DNA of 64,000 nt, taken from positions 1-64,000 of IMG/VR virus record IMGVR_UViG_3300027971_000028; one strand, written 5' to 3'. Both the position numbers and the translations under genes were made by a program. Positions 1 to 8,266 of the stretch are shown in pieces. The notes below the pieces were generated by a model. That model made no database searches. It saw only the letters and a list, made by a program, of their open reading frames with translations, and was not told the DNA's origin. Origin of the DNA: a virus. Numbering within the stretch: position 1 is the stretch's first letter; the number at the start of each line of letters is the position of its first letter.

Positions 1-1
1 C

Positions 2-907
2 TCCTTAACTTCTCCTGAGGAGAAAGAAGACACCTCCCTTTCCCTCCCTGATATTTCTACCCCTTACGACCTGCGGCCTGATTTAACAGAGATCGGCATC
101 ATCGAGGACGAACGAGGCGTCTGCCTAGACAGTTATGAAAACCGTTCCGCCTTGCGGCAAGCAGGCCTGAACTGGGATCCTGTATATGATCAACTTGGAA
201 TGCCAACGGGTCTCATTGTTGCCAGATCCAGAGAGTCCCTCAAAGAACGGCGTCTGCTTTCTCTATCTGAGAAACGACCTCTTCTTCAGGAACCAGACAA
301 TAACAACTCAGATTTCTTAACGGGTCTGGATCTCATCGTTGACGATAAGGCCAGCCGAATCACACCCCCTTGGGTTATCGGCGCGACTCGTGCCTACCTA
401 GCAGAACAAGAGAACGGCGGGCCGAAGTCCGCAAAGCGAGCGCCTGCCTCTCAACCACATAGATGTCGGATCATTAAACAAGACGGCTTGAGATGTTTAC
501 TCTGGAGTAGCGGGCGTCCGAAAGATGACGGCTTGTGTCGAGTCCACCTTCGTACCAATAGACGGCCTGGAGCAGATGTCGAACGGGCACGTCAGAAGTT
601 GTTGCAATCTGCACCTTACGCAGTTGATGTACTTGAGGAACTAATGGAGTCTGCTCAATCGGAACCCGTCAGGTTAAAAGCATCAACGGAGATCCTTGAC
701 CGAGCTGGAGTCAGAGGCGGCGTGGAGTTAGATGTCGGCGTGGATGTAACGGTCCGTAGTCCACATGAGGTTATTAAAGAACGGCTTGCCCGTTTAGCCG
801 CTGGTGCACAGCACATGCTGGAACTAAAGATGGACAAGGACGGCTCGTACATAGCACCCGTTGAGGAAACGGATGAAGCGGCAAGCCCAGAAGAAACCTA
901 CTCATGA
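2..907 (+). CDS. Terminase small subunit-like protein, 5'-truncated (frame open from base 2, upstream of the ORF-track start at 152)
   Basis: Cys/His knuckle CRIIKQDGLRC...GLCRVH (HGGxSTG-like) followed by AVDVLEELMESAQSEPVRLKASTEILDRAG, a pattern typical of phage TerS-like proteins; no stop codon in this frame between 2 and 152. Confidence 0.6.
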   Translation, partial: SLTSPEEKEDTSLSLPDISTPYDLRPDLTEIGIIEDERGVCLDSYENRSALRQAGLNWDPVYDQLGMPTGLIVARSRESLKERRLLSLSEKRPLLQEPDNNNSDFLTGLDLIVDDKASRITPPWVIGATRAYLAEQENGGPKSAKRAPASQPHRCRIIKQDGLRCLLWSSGRPKDDGLCRVHLRTNRRPGADVERARQKLLQSAPYAVDVLEELMESAQSEPVRLKASTEILDRAGVRGGVELDVGVDVTVRSPHEVIKERLARLAAGAQHMLELKMDKDGSYIAPVEETDEAASPEETYS

Positions 908-1083
908 GTATAAACAACTTAGAAGAACTAGCGGCTCGCCTGGCAAAGCGGCTTGAGGAAGACATACTTCTGTGCTCAACCCGTGCTGAACACATACGGG
1001 TAACGGCTCGAGCTAGCGAAGCTGTTGAACTTCTAAACAATGTAAAGATGTTGGTGGAGGAGAAGGCGGCGTGGGATTACTAG
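904..1083 (+). CDS. Hypothetical 59-aa protein (MSINNLEELAARLAKRLEED...)
   Basis: ATGA overlap with the upstream stop; open frame read by hand. Confidence 0.6.
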   Translation: MSINNLEELAARLAKRLEEDILLCSTRAEHIRVTARASEAVELLNNVKMLVEEKAAWDY

Positions 1084-1201
1084 AGGGTAATTGTCTGGGT
1101 GAGTACGAGGTACCTGACTTTGTCGACGGGCCTGACGGTATAGATCAGATGAAGCAAAAAAAGAAACAACGGCATGGGGTATAGGTAGGTACGCTGTGGA
1201 C

Positions 1202-1360
1202 ATGGAACGGATAGTGACGGTGTGCTACTTCTGCAAGGAGTCGTACGAGAGCGCGAAGTTAAACGGTGCTCATAGATGTAAGAGGACTGGTTACTCAACG
1301 GGTAAGTGGAGTGATGACGATGACTGGAGTCCCATAGTTGTATTTAGATCTAACCGCTAA
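1202..1360 (+). CDS. Putative 52-aa CxxC...HxC zinc-finger microprotein
   Basis: MERIVTVCYFCKESYESAKLNGAHRC...; weak RBS. Confidence 0.4.
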   Translation: MERIVTVCYFCKESYESAKLNGAHRCKRTGYSTGKWSDDDDWSPIVVFRSNR

Positions 1361-1367
1361 GCGTAAA

Positions 1368-1533
1368 AAAATACCCCCCTAACACCCCCCCAACATTCCA
1401 ACATTCCTCAATACAAATCCCCTTCTTAGACGCGTAACAGGTGAAAAGAGTTATCTCTATAAAACTTAGTTGCGGAATGTTGGAATGTTGAGGAATGTTG
1501 AGGGGGTATTGAGGGGGTATTGAGGGGGTATTG
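1368..1533. repeat. Inverted arrangement of short tandem repeats (CAACATTCC/GGAATGTTG x2-3; AGGGGGTATTG x3; ATACCCCCC)
   Basis: 1391-1414 CAACATTCCAACATTCCTCAATAC is mirrored by 1474-1533; exact 11-bp tandem at 1501, 1512 and 1523. Confidence 0.85.
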
Positions 1534-2033
1534 AAAAAACATCGCTTCAGGGATTCATTAAATTCGTACAGCCTTAATTCTAACTGTGTATATATCTGGC
1601 GGATCGAGGAGTAAAACTAGTAGAACCGTAAATTGTTTGTAGTGTGCAAATACGGGTTCTTCCTGGAGACTCACGCTCAGAAAATTAAATAAAAGCAGCA
1701 CATCAAGAAGTTGTTCCCATCTTCCTGGCTCGGCGGAGCTGGTGGCTCAGGCGGTGGTGGCGGAGGCGGTGGATCTTCGATCCATCACTTAAAGAAGTTG
1801 TTTGTTTCTACCAGCTCCTCAGGAGCTCTGGATAGCAAAAAGTAAAAAAGCGGCCTGGTACAGCAGCTGTGAGGACAATCTACAGAAGTTGTTTACATCT
1901 CTACCTGGTCAGCTCAACGGGCTTGGCGGCTTGACAGGCCTGATAGGATAGCTTTCTGCAGCACTGCATAAAGTTAAAAACAGAAAATTGTTTAGATGTT
2001 ACTTAGCCGACTAACGGCTTGTTACAGCGATCC

Positions 2034-2063
2034 TTGACAAACGGCTTGAGCCATTGCTAACAT
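2034..2063 (+). promoter_or_regulatory. sigma70-type promoter; probable leaderless whiB transcript
   Basis: TTGACA-N18-TAACAT, with GTG start 7 nt after the -10. Confidence 0.65.
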
Positions 2064-2069
2064 AACGGT

Positions 2070-2471
2070 GTGAACTCAGAACCCGTCTTCAATATCAATG
2101 ATGCATTAATACCGTCTGCCCGTAACTGGTCCTGGCAAGATAAAGCGCTGTGCAAAACTAACGGCGTGGACGTGACCGTGTTCTTTAATGATGACATGCT
2201 TCGCGGTCCTGAGAAGCAGGCACGGGAGAGTGCCGCCAAGAAAATATGTACGGCATGCCCTATCAAGACGGAGTGCTTAGAGCACGCATTAACGGTGCCC
2301 GAGAACTTCGGTGTGTGGGGAGGCTTGACAGAAGAGGAACGGATGGTTATTGTTAAGTTCAAGAGATCAATTGACAGAGCAGAGAAAGCAGGGATTAAAG
2401 CGGATGCTACTTCTTGGGTACATAGCGTACAAAGTGAATCAGATACAGAAACAATTACTACTACCGTCTGA
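2070..2471 (+). CDS. whiB: WhiB-family Fe-S transcription factor
   Basis: WQDKALC...AKKICTACPIKTECLEHAL...FGVWGGLTEEER: four Cys plus the G[IV]WGG signature. Confidence 0.95.
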   Translation: MNSEPVFNINDALIPSARNWSWQDKALCKTNGVDVTVFFNDDMLRGPEKQARESAAKKICTACPIKTECLEHALTVPENFGVWGGLTEEERMVIVKFKRSIDRAEKAGIKADATSWVHSVQSESDTETITTTV

Positions 2472-2623
2472 GTCGGATCAAAGAACCGCTGACACAATAA
2501 ATCGTTGGCTAAACAATTTTGTAGACAAAATAGATCCTGATAGATGTTGCACCCATGATGGTCATGAGAACTATTGTGTCTGCTGTATGAATGAACACGA
2601 GAAATGCCGTGTCCAAGACTGAT

Positions 2624-2653
2624 TTGACAAACGCTTTGTCGTGTGATTATAAT
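2624..2653 (+). promoter_or_regulatory. Consensus sigma70 promoter; leaderless start at 2660
   Basis: TTGACA-N18-TATAAT; in-frame ATG exactly 7 nt downstream. Confidence 0.8.
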
Positions 2654-2659
2654 ATTCCT

Positions 2660-2977
2660 ATGACAAACCAATACAAAGCAGTAAACTCGAAAACCCTGAA
2701 AAGGCTGATCGATACCGCAAAAATGCTCAACTTCAATCAGTATCCTGAGAAGTCGCATAACTTATCTATGAATGGCATCCATGTTTTAAAGATGGTTGTC
2801 CAAGACCACAAAGGTCATACAAATAAAGACATCATTCATCACAGAGCATCTGTCTTGGCTAGTGTTGGTGGAAGTTCTGAACCAATAGAATTCCTACTTG
2901 ACATTAGAGATGAAGACTGGAATAATCTAGTTGATGCCAAAGCAATGGCAGATAGCGCAAGGGAATTAAATGTCTAA
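2660..2977 (+). CDS. Hypothetical protein (start revised from 2591)
   Basis: ATG at the predicted +1 of the promoter at 2624. Confidence 0.7.
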   Translation: MTNQYKAVNSKTLKRLIDTAKMLNFNQYPEKSHNLSMNGIHVLKMVVQDHKGHTNKDIIHHRASVLASVGGSSEPIEFLLDIRDEDWNNLVDAKAMADSARELNV

Positions 2978-3890
2978 AAAAGTTTTACTTATGGTGGTTG
3001 CGATATCAGCAACCCTACTTCCCCTTCAGTCTGCGAGCGCGGTTGGAGAAAAGACTTTAGTAATTATTGACTCAGGCATAAATACAGATTTGGCTTGGGC
3101 TAAAAACTCAGTTGTAGATGAGGCATGCTTCGTTGAGTTTAATAGATGTCCAAATGGATTATCACAAATGACTGGTGCTGGATCAGCAAAAGTAACTCCT
3201 GCTATGACAACTGCTGGTTCATTTAGTCATGGAACTCAAATGGCTTCAGTTGCGGTTGCGGTTGATCCAAATGTAAAAATTGTTTCTATCCGAGTTGCTG
3301 GTATGACTGCTAAGGGCGTTCCTAATCCTTACACAGCCAAAGCAATTTCTTGGGCGTTGGATTATGTGGAAGCAAATAAGGCACGACTTAATGTTGGTGC
3401 GGTTTCTATTTCTCTAGGTAACTCTTACAAATCAACTTCTTGTCCAATAGTTGGAAACCTACAAACACAGATTTCTAACCTAATGGCTTCAGGAGTAGCA
3501 GTTGCTATTGCAGTTGGTAATGGTGGCTCTACCAAAATTGACTACCCTGCTTGTATCCCTGAGGCAATTGCGGTTGGCGCAACTGAGGATAGATATGCCA
3601 TGAAAGAGGTGTCAGGTTGGGTGTATCCAATTATGGCTATCTCTAACTACAACTCTGATGTTGATTATTTCGTAAATGGTAAATACACAGTTTCTGATCT
3701 TTCAGATAATAAAAATGTTTCTTTCGGAACTTCTAACTCAACTGTGGCTTTTGCTACCTATCTAACCAAAAGACTTTCTGCTGGCGAGAACTTAACTGCG
3801 GTTTTGGCTAGCGTTAATGCTTCTCTAGTCAATGCCTACAAAACCACGACACTCTTTTATCCTAAGCAGTTTAACTTGACAAATGGTTAA
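2970..3890 (+). CDS. Secreted subtilisin-like S8 serine protease
   Basis: Signal peptide MSKKVLLMVVAISATLLPLQSASA; catalytic triad IIDSG / SHGTQMAS / GTSNS; oxyanion-hole AVGN. Confidence 0.9.
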   Translation: MSKKVLLMVVAISATLLPLQSASAVGEKTLVIIDSGINTDLAWAKNSVVDEACFVEFNRCPNGLSQMTGAGSAKVTPAMTTAGSFSHGTQMASVAVAVDPNVKIVSIRVAGMTAKGVPNPYTAKAISWALDYVEANKARLNVGAVSISLGNSYKSTSCPIVGNLQTQISNLMASGVAVAIAVGNGGSTKIDYPACIPEAIAVGATEDRYAMKEVSGWVYPIMAISNYNSDVDYFVNGKYTVSDLSDNKNVSFGTSNSTVAFATYLTKRLSAGENLTAVLASVNASLVNAYKTTTLFYPKQFNLTNG

Positions 3891-3903
3891 AAACTGTTAA
3901 GAT
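3876..3903 (+). promoter_or_regulatory. sigma70-type promoter embedded in the 3' end of the subtilase gene
   Basis: TTGACA-N16-TAAGAT. Confidence 0.65.
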
Positions 3904-3929
3904 AAAGACAACTAGAAAGGGGTAGCCAA

Positions 3930-4106
3930 ATGGCTAAGTATCAAATGCTGATTTCTTTCGAGACAGATAAAGAACTTTCATCTGACGAGCAAGATAATTT
4001 AGTAGGGCATGTAGCACCACAAATTGAAGAACCAATTACAAGTGATGGAGATGATGAGGAATACTCAACATCAAACTTACAAATCTCACTAGAGGAGATT
4101 AAGTAA
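3930..4106 (+). CDS. Hypothetical acidic 58-aa protein
   Basis: AAAGGGG SD; hand-read ORF MAKYQMLISF... Confidence 0.7.
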   Translation: MAKYQMLISFETDKELSSDEQDNLVGHVAPQIEEPITSDGDDEEYSTSNLQISLEEIK

Positions 4107-4240
4107 TGGGTAAAGCAGTAATTTGTGAATGCGGTTATCAATTATCTACAAAGGCTAGAACTTGTTCTAACTGTGATGAAATGTTTAACGAGGAATTAGA
4201 AACCTATATTGAAGCAATTGAAACTAGAGGAGATAAGTAA
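4106..4240 (+). CDS. 44-aa zinc-ribbon microprotein
   Basis: MGKAVICECG...CSNCDE; GAGGAG SD; TAATG coupling. Confidence 0.7.
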   Translation: MGKAVICECGYQLSTKARTCSNCDEMFNEELETYIEAIETRGDK

Positions 4241-4395
4241 TGGGTCAAGCAATTTGGCAACATACTATTACACAAGACATGGTCGCTAAGTTAGATGACA
4301 ATCAACTAAGCCTATTCATAGATTCTTTAGAGAACTCTATAGATGAAATATATTCAAACTTTGATGTAGTTTCTACGACAGAAAAGGGGCAATAA
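4240..4395 (+). CDS. Hypothetical 51-aa protein
   Basis: GAGGAG SD; TAATG coupling. Confidence 0.65.
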   Translation: MGQAIWQHTITQDMVAKLDDNQLSLFIDSLENSIDEIYSNFDVVSTTEKGQ

Positions 4396-4399
4396 TAAA

Positions 4400-4786
4400 A
4401 TGGGTCAATATCATGTTCTAGCAAACCTAGACAAAAAAGAAGTTGTAACACCACACGGGCTCGGCATGGGCTTAAAGCAATGGGAACATATCGGGGGAAC
4501 TGCTTCACTAGCAGATGCTCAGTATATTTTAACCATGACTTCTCCAAACCGAGGCGGGGGAGATTTACCCCGAACGGACATCTCAGGCTCTTGGGCAGGC
4601 GACAGAGTTGTGATACTCGGTGACTACACAGAGGACTCGGACTTACCTAATATCCCTAATGCTGGCTCGCTCTGGGGTGAGACGGACAAGTGGGTAGATA
4701 TAACAGATTCTGTTGCTACCGCTTTTGAAGCGGTATTCAATGTAAAAATAACTGGCGAGGGTTGGAAGACTAGAGCCACCTTGTAA
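4400..4786 (+). CDS. Conserved phage hypothetical protein (MGQY...NLDKKE family)
   Basis: ORF track; AAGGGG SD. Confidence 0.75.
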   Translation: MGQYHVLANLDKKEVVTPHGLGMGLKQWEHIGGTASLADAQYILTMTSPNRGGGDLPRTDISGSWAGDRVVILGDYTEDSDLPNIPNAGSLWGETDKWVDITDSVATAFEAVFNVKITGEGWKTRATL

Positions 4787-4803
4787 TACTCTTAACTTAC
4801 TTT

Positions 4804-4852
4804 AGGCGTGTCTTTTAAGCCCGTATAGAAATACGGCAAGGGCACGCCTTTT
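4804..4852 (+). terminator. Intrinsic terminator-like nested hairpin
   Basis: AGGCGTGTC/GGCACGCCT stem enclosing CCGTAT/ATACGG, followed by a T-run. Confidence 0.7.
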
Positions 4853-5089
4853 GTATTTTCAAAAATACCCCCCATTCTTCCTAGACAAAAAAATGTAAAC
4901 TAAATCTATACAAGTTGTTTATACACTACTCCGAAAGTTGGAAGACTCCTTAGCAAAAAGTAAAATTAGGCTCAGCGAGGCAAGCAAAAAGTAAAAATTG
5001 CCGCTTTTTATTTAACTGAGCCAGGTGAAGAAGTTATTGTGATGTGGTGCTATTCCGGCGTTTGTCACCTGAACGAGTGGCAAGGGTGC

Positions 5090-5118
5090 TTGACAAAAAG
5101 ATTCGGTTGTTATACGAT
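5090..5118 (+). promoter_or_regulatory. sigma70-type promoter
   Basis: TTGACA-N17-TACGAT. Confidence 0.7.
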
Positions 5119-5208
5119 AAGGCTTCGCACCGCTACTCCGATAGTGAGAACCTAAGTGGGTTAGTCCGCTACTTGCGAACACGGACTACAAAATAATAAG
5201 GGGGAAAT

Positions 5209-5475
5209 ATGAAAGACGATATACAAGAACGCTGGAACGAAGGATATTACTCTGCTCTAAATGGGGCAAAGATTATTCGTTTTCTTGGCACTGTTCCTGA
5301 AGAGTTTGGTGGAACTGGTTTTCCACAGTTTCTAGTAAAACTCTCAACAGGGGAAATTATAGAGATGGAAGTTTCTAAAGATCCCGAAGGTAATGATGGC
5401 GGATTTTTATTTGGACTTCCTGATTTTACTTTACCTGAGTTTCGTGAAAATTTATTAGGGAGGAAAAATGCCTAA
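5209..5475 (+). CDS. Hypothetical protein
   Basis: ORF track; AAGGGGG SD. Confidence 0.75.
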   Translation: MKDDIQERWNEGYYSALNGAKIIRFLGTVPEEFGGTGFPQFLVKLSTGEIIEMEVSKDPEGNDGGFLFGLPDFTLPEFRENLLGRKNA

Positions 5476-6130
5476 CTGGGTATTTAACCATTTAACAATA
5501 GATGGTTCTAAAGAAGACATAGCAAAAGTAAAAGCGCAGGTTGGCGCAACTGTTAAAACAAAATATAAAAGCGCAGATGAAGTAGATGAAGAAGTAGATA
5601 GAGAACCTATTTTCTCTTTCATGAATATACTTCCACCACCAGAAGATAAGTTAGATGAGTATCACGCTGTTCATGGATACGCAGATGGAAAGAAATCAGG
5701 CGATACTGAATACAACTGGTATAACTTTAATGTCCGTGAGTGGGGAACTAAGTGGGATGCTCGTGATGTAGAACTTCTAGATGATGATGAAACATATCTT
5801 CAGTATAAGTTTGATACTGCTTGGTCACCGCCAACTGAAGTAATAGCAAAACTAGCAGAACAAAATCCTAATCTAAACATTACTTTGGAGTATCGTGAAG
5901 AACAGGGTTGGGGTGGAGAGATTGCTTTTAATGGTTCTACTGCTGAAGTTGTAAAAGAGTGGGATGTGCCAGACACTCATGCTGAAGAGATAGCAGTTAA
6001 TAATGGCTACTGCTGGAAGTGTGAAAACTTTGATGGGGATTTCAGCGACCTTTATCAAGATTGCCCTGAAAGCCTAAAGCCAATAGAACTCCACGCCAAG
6101 CAAGAACTGGTATTGACAAAAGAAAAGTAA
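5468..6130 (+). CDS. DUF1281/YubB ferredoxin-like fold protein
   Basis: MPNWVFNHLTIDG...WYNFNVREWGTKWD...FDTAWSPP signature. Confidence 0.8.
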   Translation: MPNWVFNHLTIDGSKEDIAKVKAQVGATVKTKYKSADEVDEEVDREPIFSFMNILPPPEDKLDEYHAVHGYADGKKSGDTEYNWYNFNVREWGTKWDARDVELLDDDETYLQYKFDTAWSPPTEVIAKLAEQNPNLNITLEYREEQGWGGEIAFNGSTAEVVKEWDVPDTHAEEIAVNNGYCWKCENFDGDFSDLYQDCPESLKPIELHAKQELVLTKEK

Positions 6131-6141
6131 TTTGATAGAGT
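6113..6141 (+). promoter_or_regulatory. sigma70-type promoter in the last codons of the upstream gene
   Basis: TTGACA-N17-TAGAGT. Confidence 0.65.
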
Positions 6142-6172
6142 TCTACCAAGCCTAAAGAAAAGGGGAAATAAA

Positions 6173-6571
6173 ATGGGTGATCGTATGGTGATTGGGTTTC
6201 AGGCAAAATCTGCCGAACCAACAATCTATCTCTACGCACAATGGGGTGGAGAAGCACAAAAAGAAATCCTAGTAAATGCTTTACAAAAATCAGAAAGTCG
6301 TTGGACAGATGCCGACTACGCAACTCGTATTTGTATTTCACAAATCGTGGGTGATAGTTGGAACGATACTTTGGGATTTGGTATCTCAGTAAATAATTTC
6401 TGCTCGCCTGACTACGACACAATTCAGGTAGTTGAGTGGCACAAAGGAAAAGTATCTATTCGGGAAACAAGTAATCCTGAAAATGTTCTAGAGGAAATCA
6501 CCCTAGAAACTTTCTGCCAAGACGACACGCTGGTAAAAGAGCAATTTGACAAAATAGTCAAAGGTATGTAA
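6173..6571 (+). CDS. Conserved phage hypothetical protein (MGDR...YLYAQWGG)
   Basis: ORF track; AAAGGGG SD. Confidence 0.75.
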   Translation: MGDRMVIGFQAKSAEPTIYLYAQWGGEAQKEILVNALQKSESRWTDADYATRICISQIVGDSWNDTLGFGISVNNFCSPDYDTIQVVEWHKGKVSIRETSNPENVLEEITLETFCQDDTLVKEQFDKIVKGM

Positions 6572-6613
6572 TAATATCCAAACAAGCAAGACAATTAACC
6601 TAGAGAGGAAAAA

Positions 6614-7069
6614 ATGTTAGACAAAGAAAAAAAAGTTCAGGGAGTTGCGGTGTATGCCGAGTTCCGAAAGCCGGGACAAGTCATGCAGATACTTGTGACA
6701 CCTGACGCATATAACACTTCGGGAAGCCTAGTTCCAATGTCTTTCCACCGCAGAATAATTACACCTGCGACACCTAAGAAACAATGGAGAACTACTTCCA
6801 TTAACTCTAAAGAGGTAAAAGATTTGATTGACAATAATCAAGTCTTACCTGATAGTGCTAAAGATGATTTTACAGAAAATCGTATGCGCTATACAACTTC
6901 TTACTTTGACCAAGTTATTTCACAAGGTTGGACTATGGAGAAAACTCCTATCCTTACTGAAATCTCTCGTCATGACGCAGATGATATTGGTAAGAGCAAA
7001 ACACCTAACAAGGTTATTTATCGTATCCATATTTCTAGGAAAGCACTCGCCTTTCCTGAATTGGTATAA
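6614..7069 (+). CDS. Hypothetical protein
   Basis: ORF track; GAGG SD. Confidence 0.75.
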   Translation: MLDKEKKVQGVAVYAEFRKPGQVMQILVTPDAYNTSGSLVPMSFHRRIITPATPKKQWRTTSINSKEVKDLIDNNQVLPDSAKDDFTENRMRYTTSYFDQVISQGWTMEKTPILTEISRHDADDIGKSKTPNKVIYRIHISRKALAFPELV

Positions 7070-7087
7070 GGGGAAAGGGGATAAACT

Positions 7088-8140
7088 ATGGACACTCTAA
7101 AAGAAAAATACAAAGAACTAAGTCCTAATCTTTCACCAACTTATTGGGAAATGATTATAGATGTAGCAACGCAAGGAGTAAATGAAAATGCGTCAAAGCA
7201 GTTATCTACCAATGTGCTTCCACAAGGACGCTATGTTGAGAGAGCGATTGGCTCTGACAGAAAAGCACGCAAAACAAAGGCAGATGCTCTAGTGAGTGTT
7301 GAGGCTTTGGGTGGCGAAAATATCTACTTGCGTCCTAATGGTTCTGCTTACCATGCTCGTATATGGGGGCAAAACAAAGATGTAGAAGTTTTACGCAAAG
7401 CAAGAGAAGCAACTAAACAATCAGTTCTAACTGGTGTTGGACAACCAATGTTTGCCATGCTTTATGGAGTTCCCGGAACAGGTAAAACTGCGCTGGTTGA
7501 GGCTTCTTTCGGCGAAGGTGTTCGCACACTACTTGGAAATGGTGATGTAGAAGTTGCCGACTTAATTGGTTCTTATGTCCAAACTCCTAGTGGAAACTTT
7601 GAGTGGATTGACGGCGACCTAGTTAAGGCAGCCGAAAATGGGGAAGTTTATTTCATAGATGAGATTGGTCTGATTGACCCTAAGGTTCTTTCAGTTATTT
7701 ACAATCTTATGGACGGAAAAAGAGAGATAACAATTACTGCTAATCCTGAAAGAGGAACAGTAAAATCTCACCCTGATTTCTATGTAGTTGCCGCAACTAA
7801 TCCAAAGGCTCCGGGCGTAAGACTTAGCGAAGCATTACTATCTCGCTTTGTTGTCCAAGCAGAAATGACAACTGATTGGAACTTGGCTCGTAGTCTAGGA
7901 GTGCCAACACAAATGGTGACTTGCGCACAAAACTTATATCGCAAAGTTCTGAATAAAGAAAGAATAAGTTGGTCGCCACAAATGCGAGAACTTCTAGCAT
8001 TTCGCGACATAGCAACAACTTTCGGAACTGAGTTTGCTATCGCAAACATGATTGCGTCTGCCCCAAATGATGATAGGGCAGTAGTAGCAGATGTTCTAAC
8101 CCGAGCCTATGGGGTAGAAGCAAAGCCTGCCAAAATCTAA
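7088..8140 (+). CDS. MoxR/CbbQ/CobS-like AAA+ ATPase
   Basis: Walker A GVPGTGKT, Walker B YFIDEIG, ATNP sensor, ALLSRF arginine finger. Confidence 0.9.
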   Translation: MDTLKEKYKELSPNLSPTYWEMIIDVATQGVNENASKQLSTNVLPQGRYVERAIGSDRKARKTKADALVSVEALGGENIYLRPNGSAYHARIWGQNKDVEVLRKAREATKQSVLTGVGQPMFAMLYGVPGTGKTALVEASFGEGVRTLLGNGDVEVADLIGSYVQTPSGNFEWIDGDLVKAAENGEVYFIDEIGLIDPKVLSVIYNLMDGKREITITANPERGTVKSHPDFYVVAATNPKAPGVRLSEALLSRFVVQAEMTTDWNLARSLGVPTQMVTCAQNLYRKVLNKERISWSPQMRELLAFRDIATTFGTEFAIANMIASAPNDDRAVVADVLTRAYGVEAKPAKI

Positions 8141-8163
8141 TTTATTAGATTGGCTGGATAAGG

Positions 8164-8204
8164 TGGGGGCGTATTTTTACTCTCTAGGTTAAATACGCTC
8201 TCCC
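8164..8204 (+). terminator. Hairpin between the AAA and VWA genes
   Basis: GCGTATTT/AAATACGC stem. Confidence 0.5.
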
Positions 8205-8212
8205 TTATTAAC

Positions 8213-8241
8213 TTGACATTTAACACCTGATATGGGATAAT
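8213..8241 (+). promoter_or_regulatory. sigma70-type promoter
   Basis: TTGACA-N17-GATAAT. Confidence 0.7.
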
Positions 8242-8266
8242 TTGATTAACAAAGGGGGTAGTAAAA

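Noticed and set aside
1931-1960. Promoter at TTGACA 1931
   Set aside because: No TANNNT hexamer at 16-18 bp spacing
1630-2000. CRISPR or TIGR-type array
   Set aside because: No identical 23-47 bp repeats with constant spacer length, no box C/D motifs, and no cas or Nop-domain gene seen
2350-2622. 90-aa ORF overlapping whiB
   Set aside because: 121-nt overlap with whiB and no SD; a shorter Cys/His-rich ORF may exist, but its start cannot be supported
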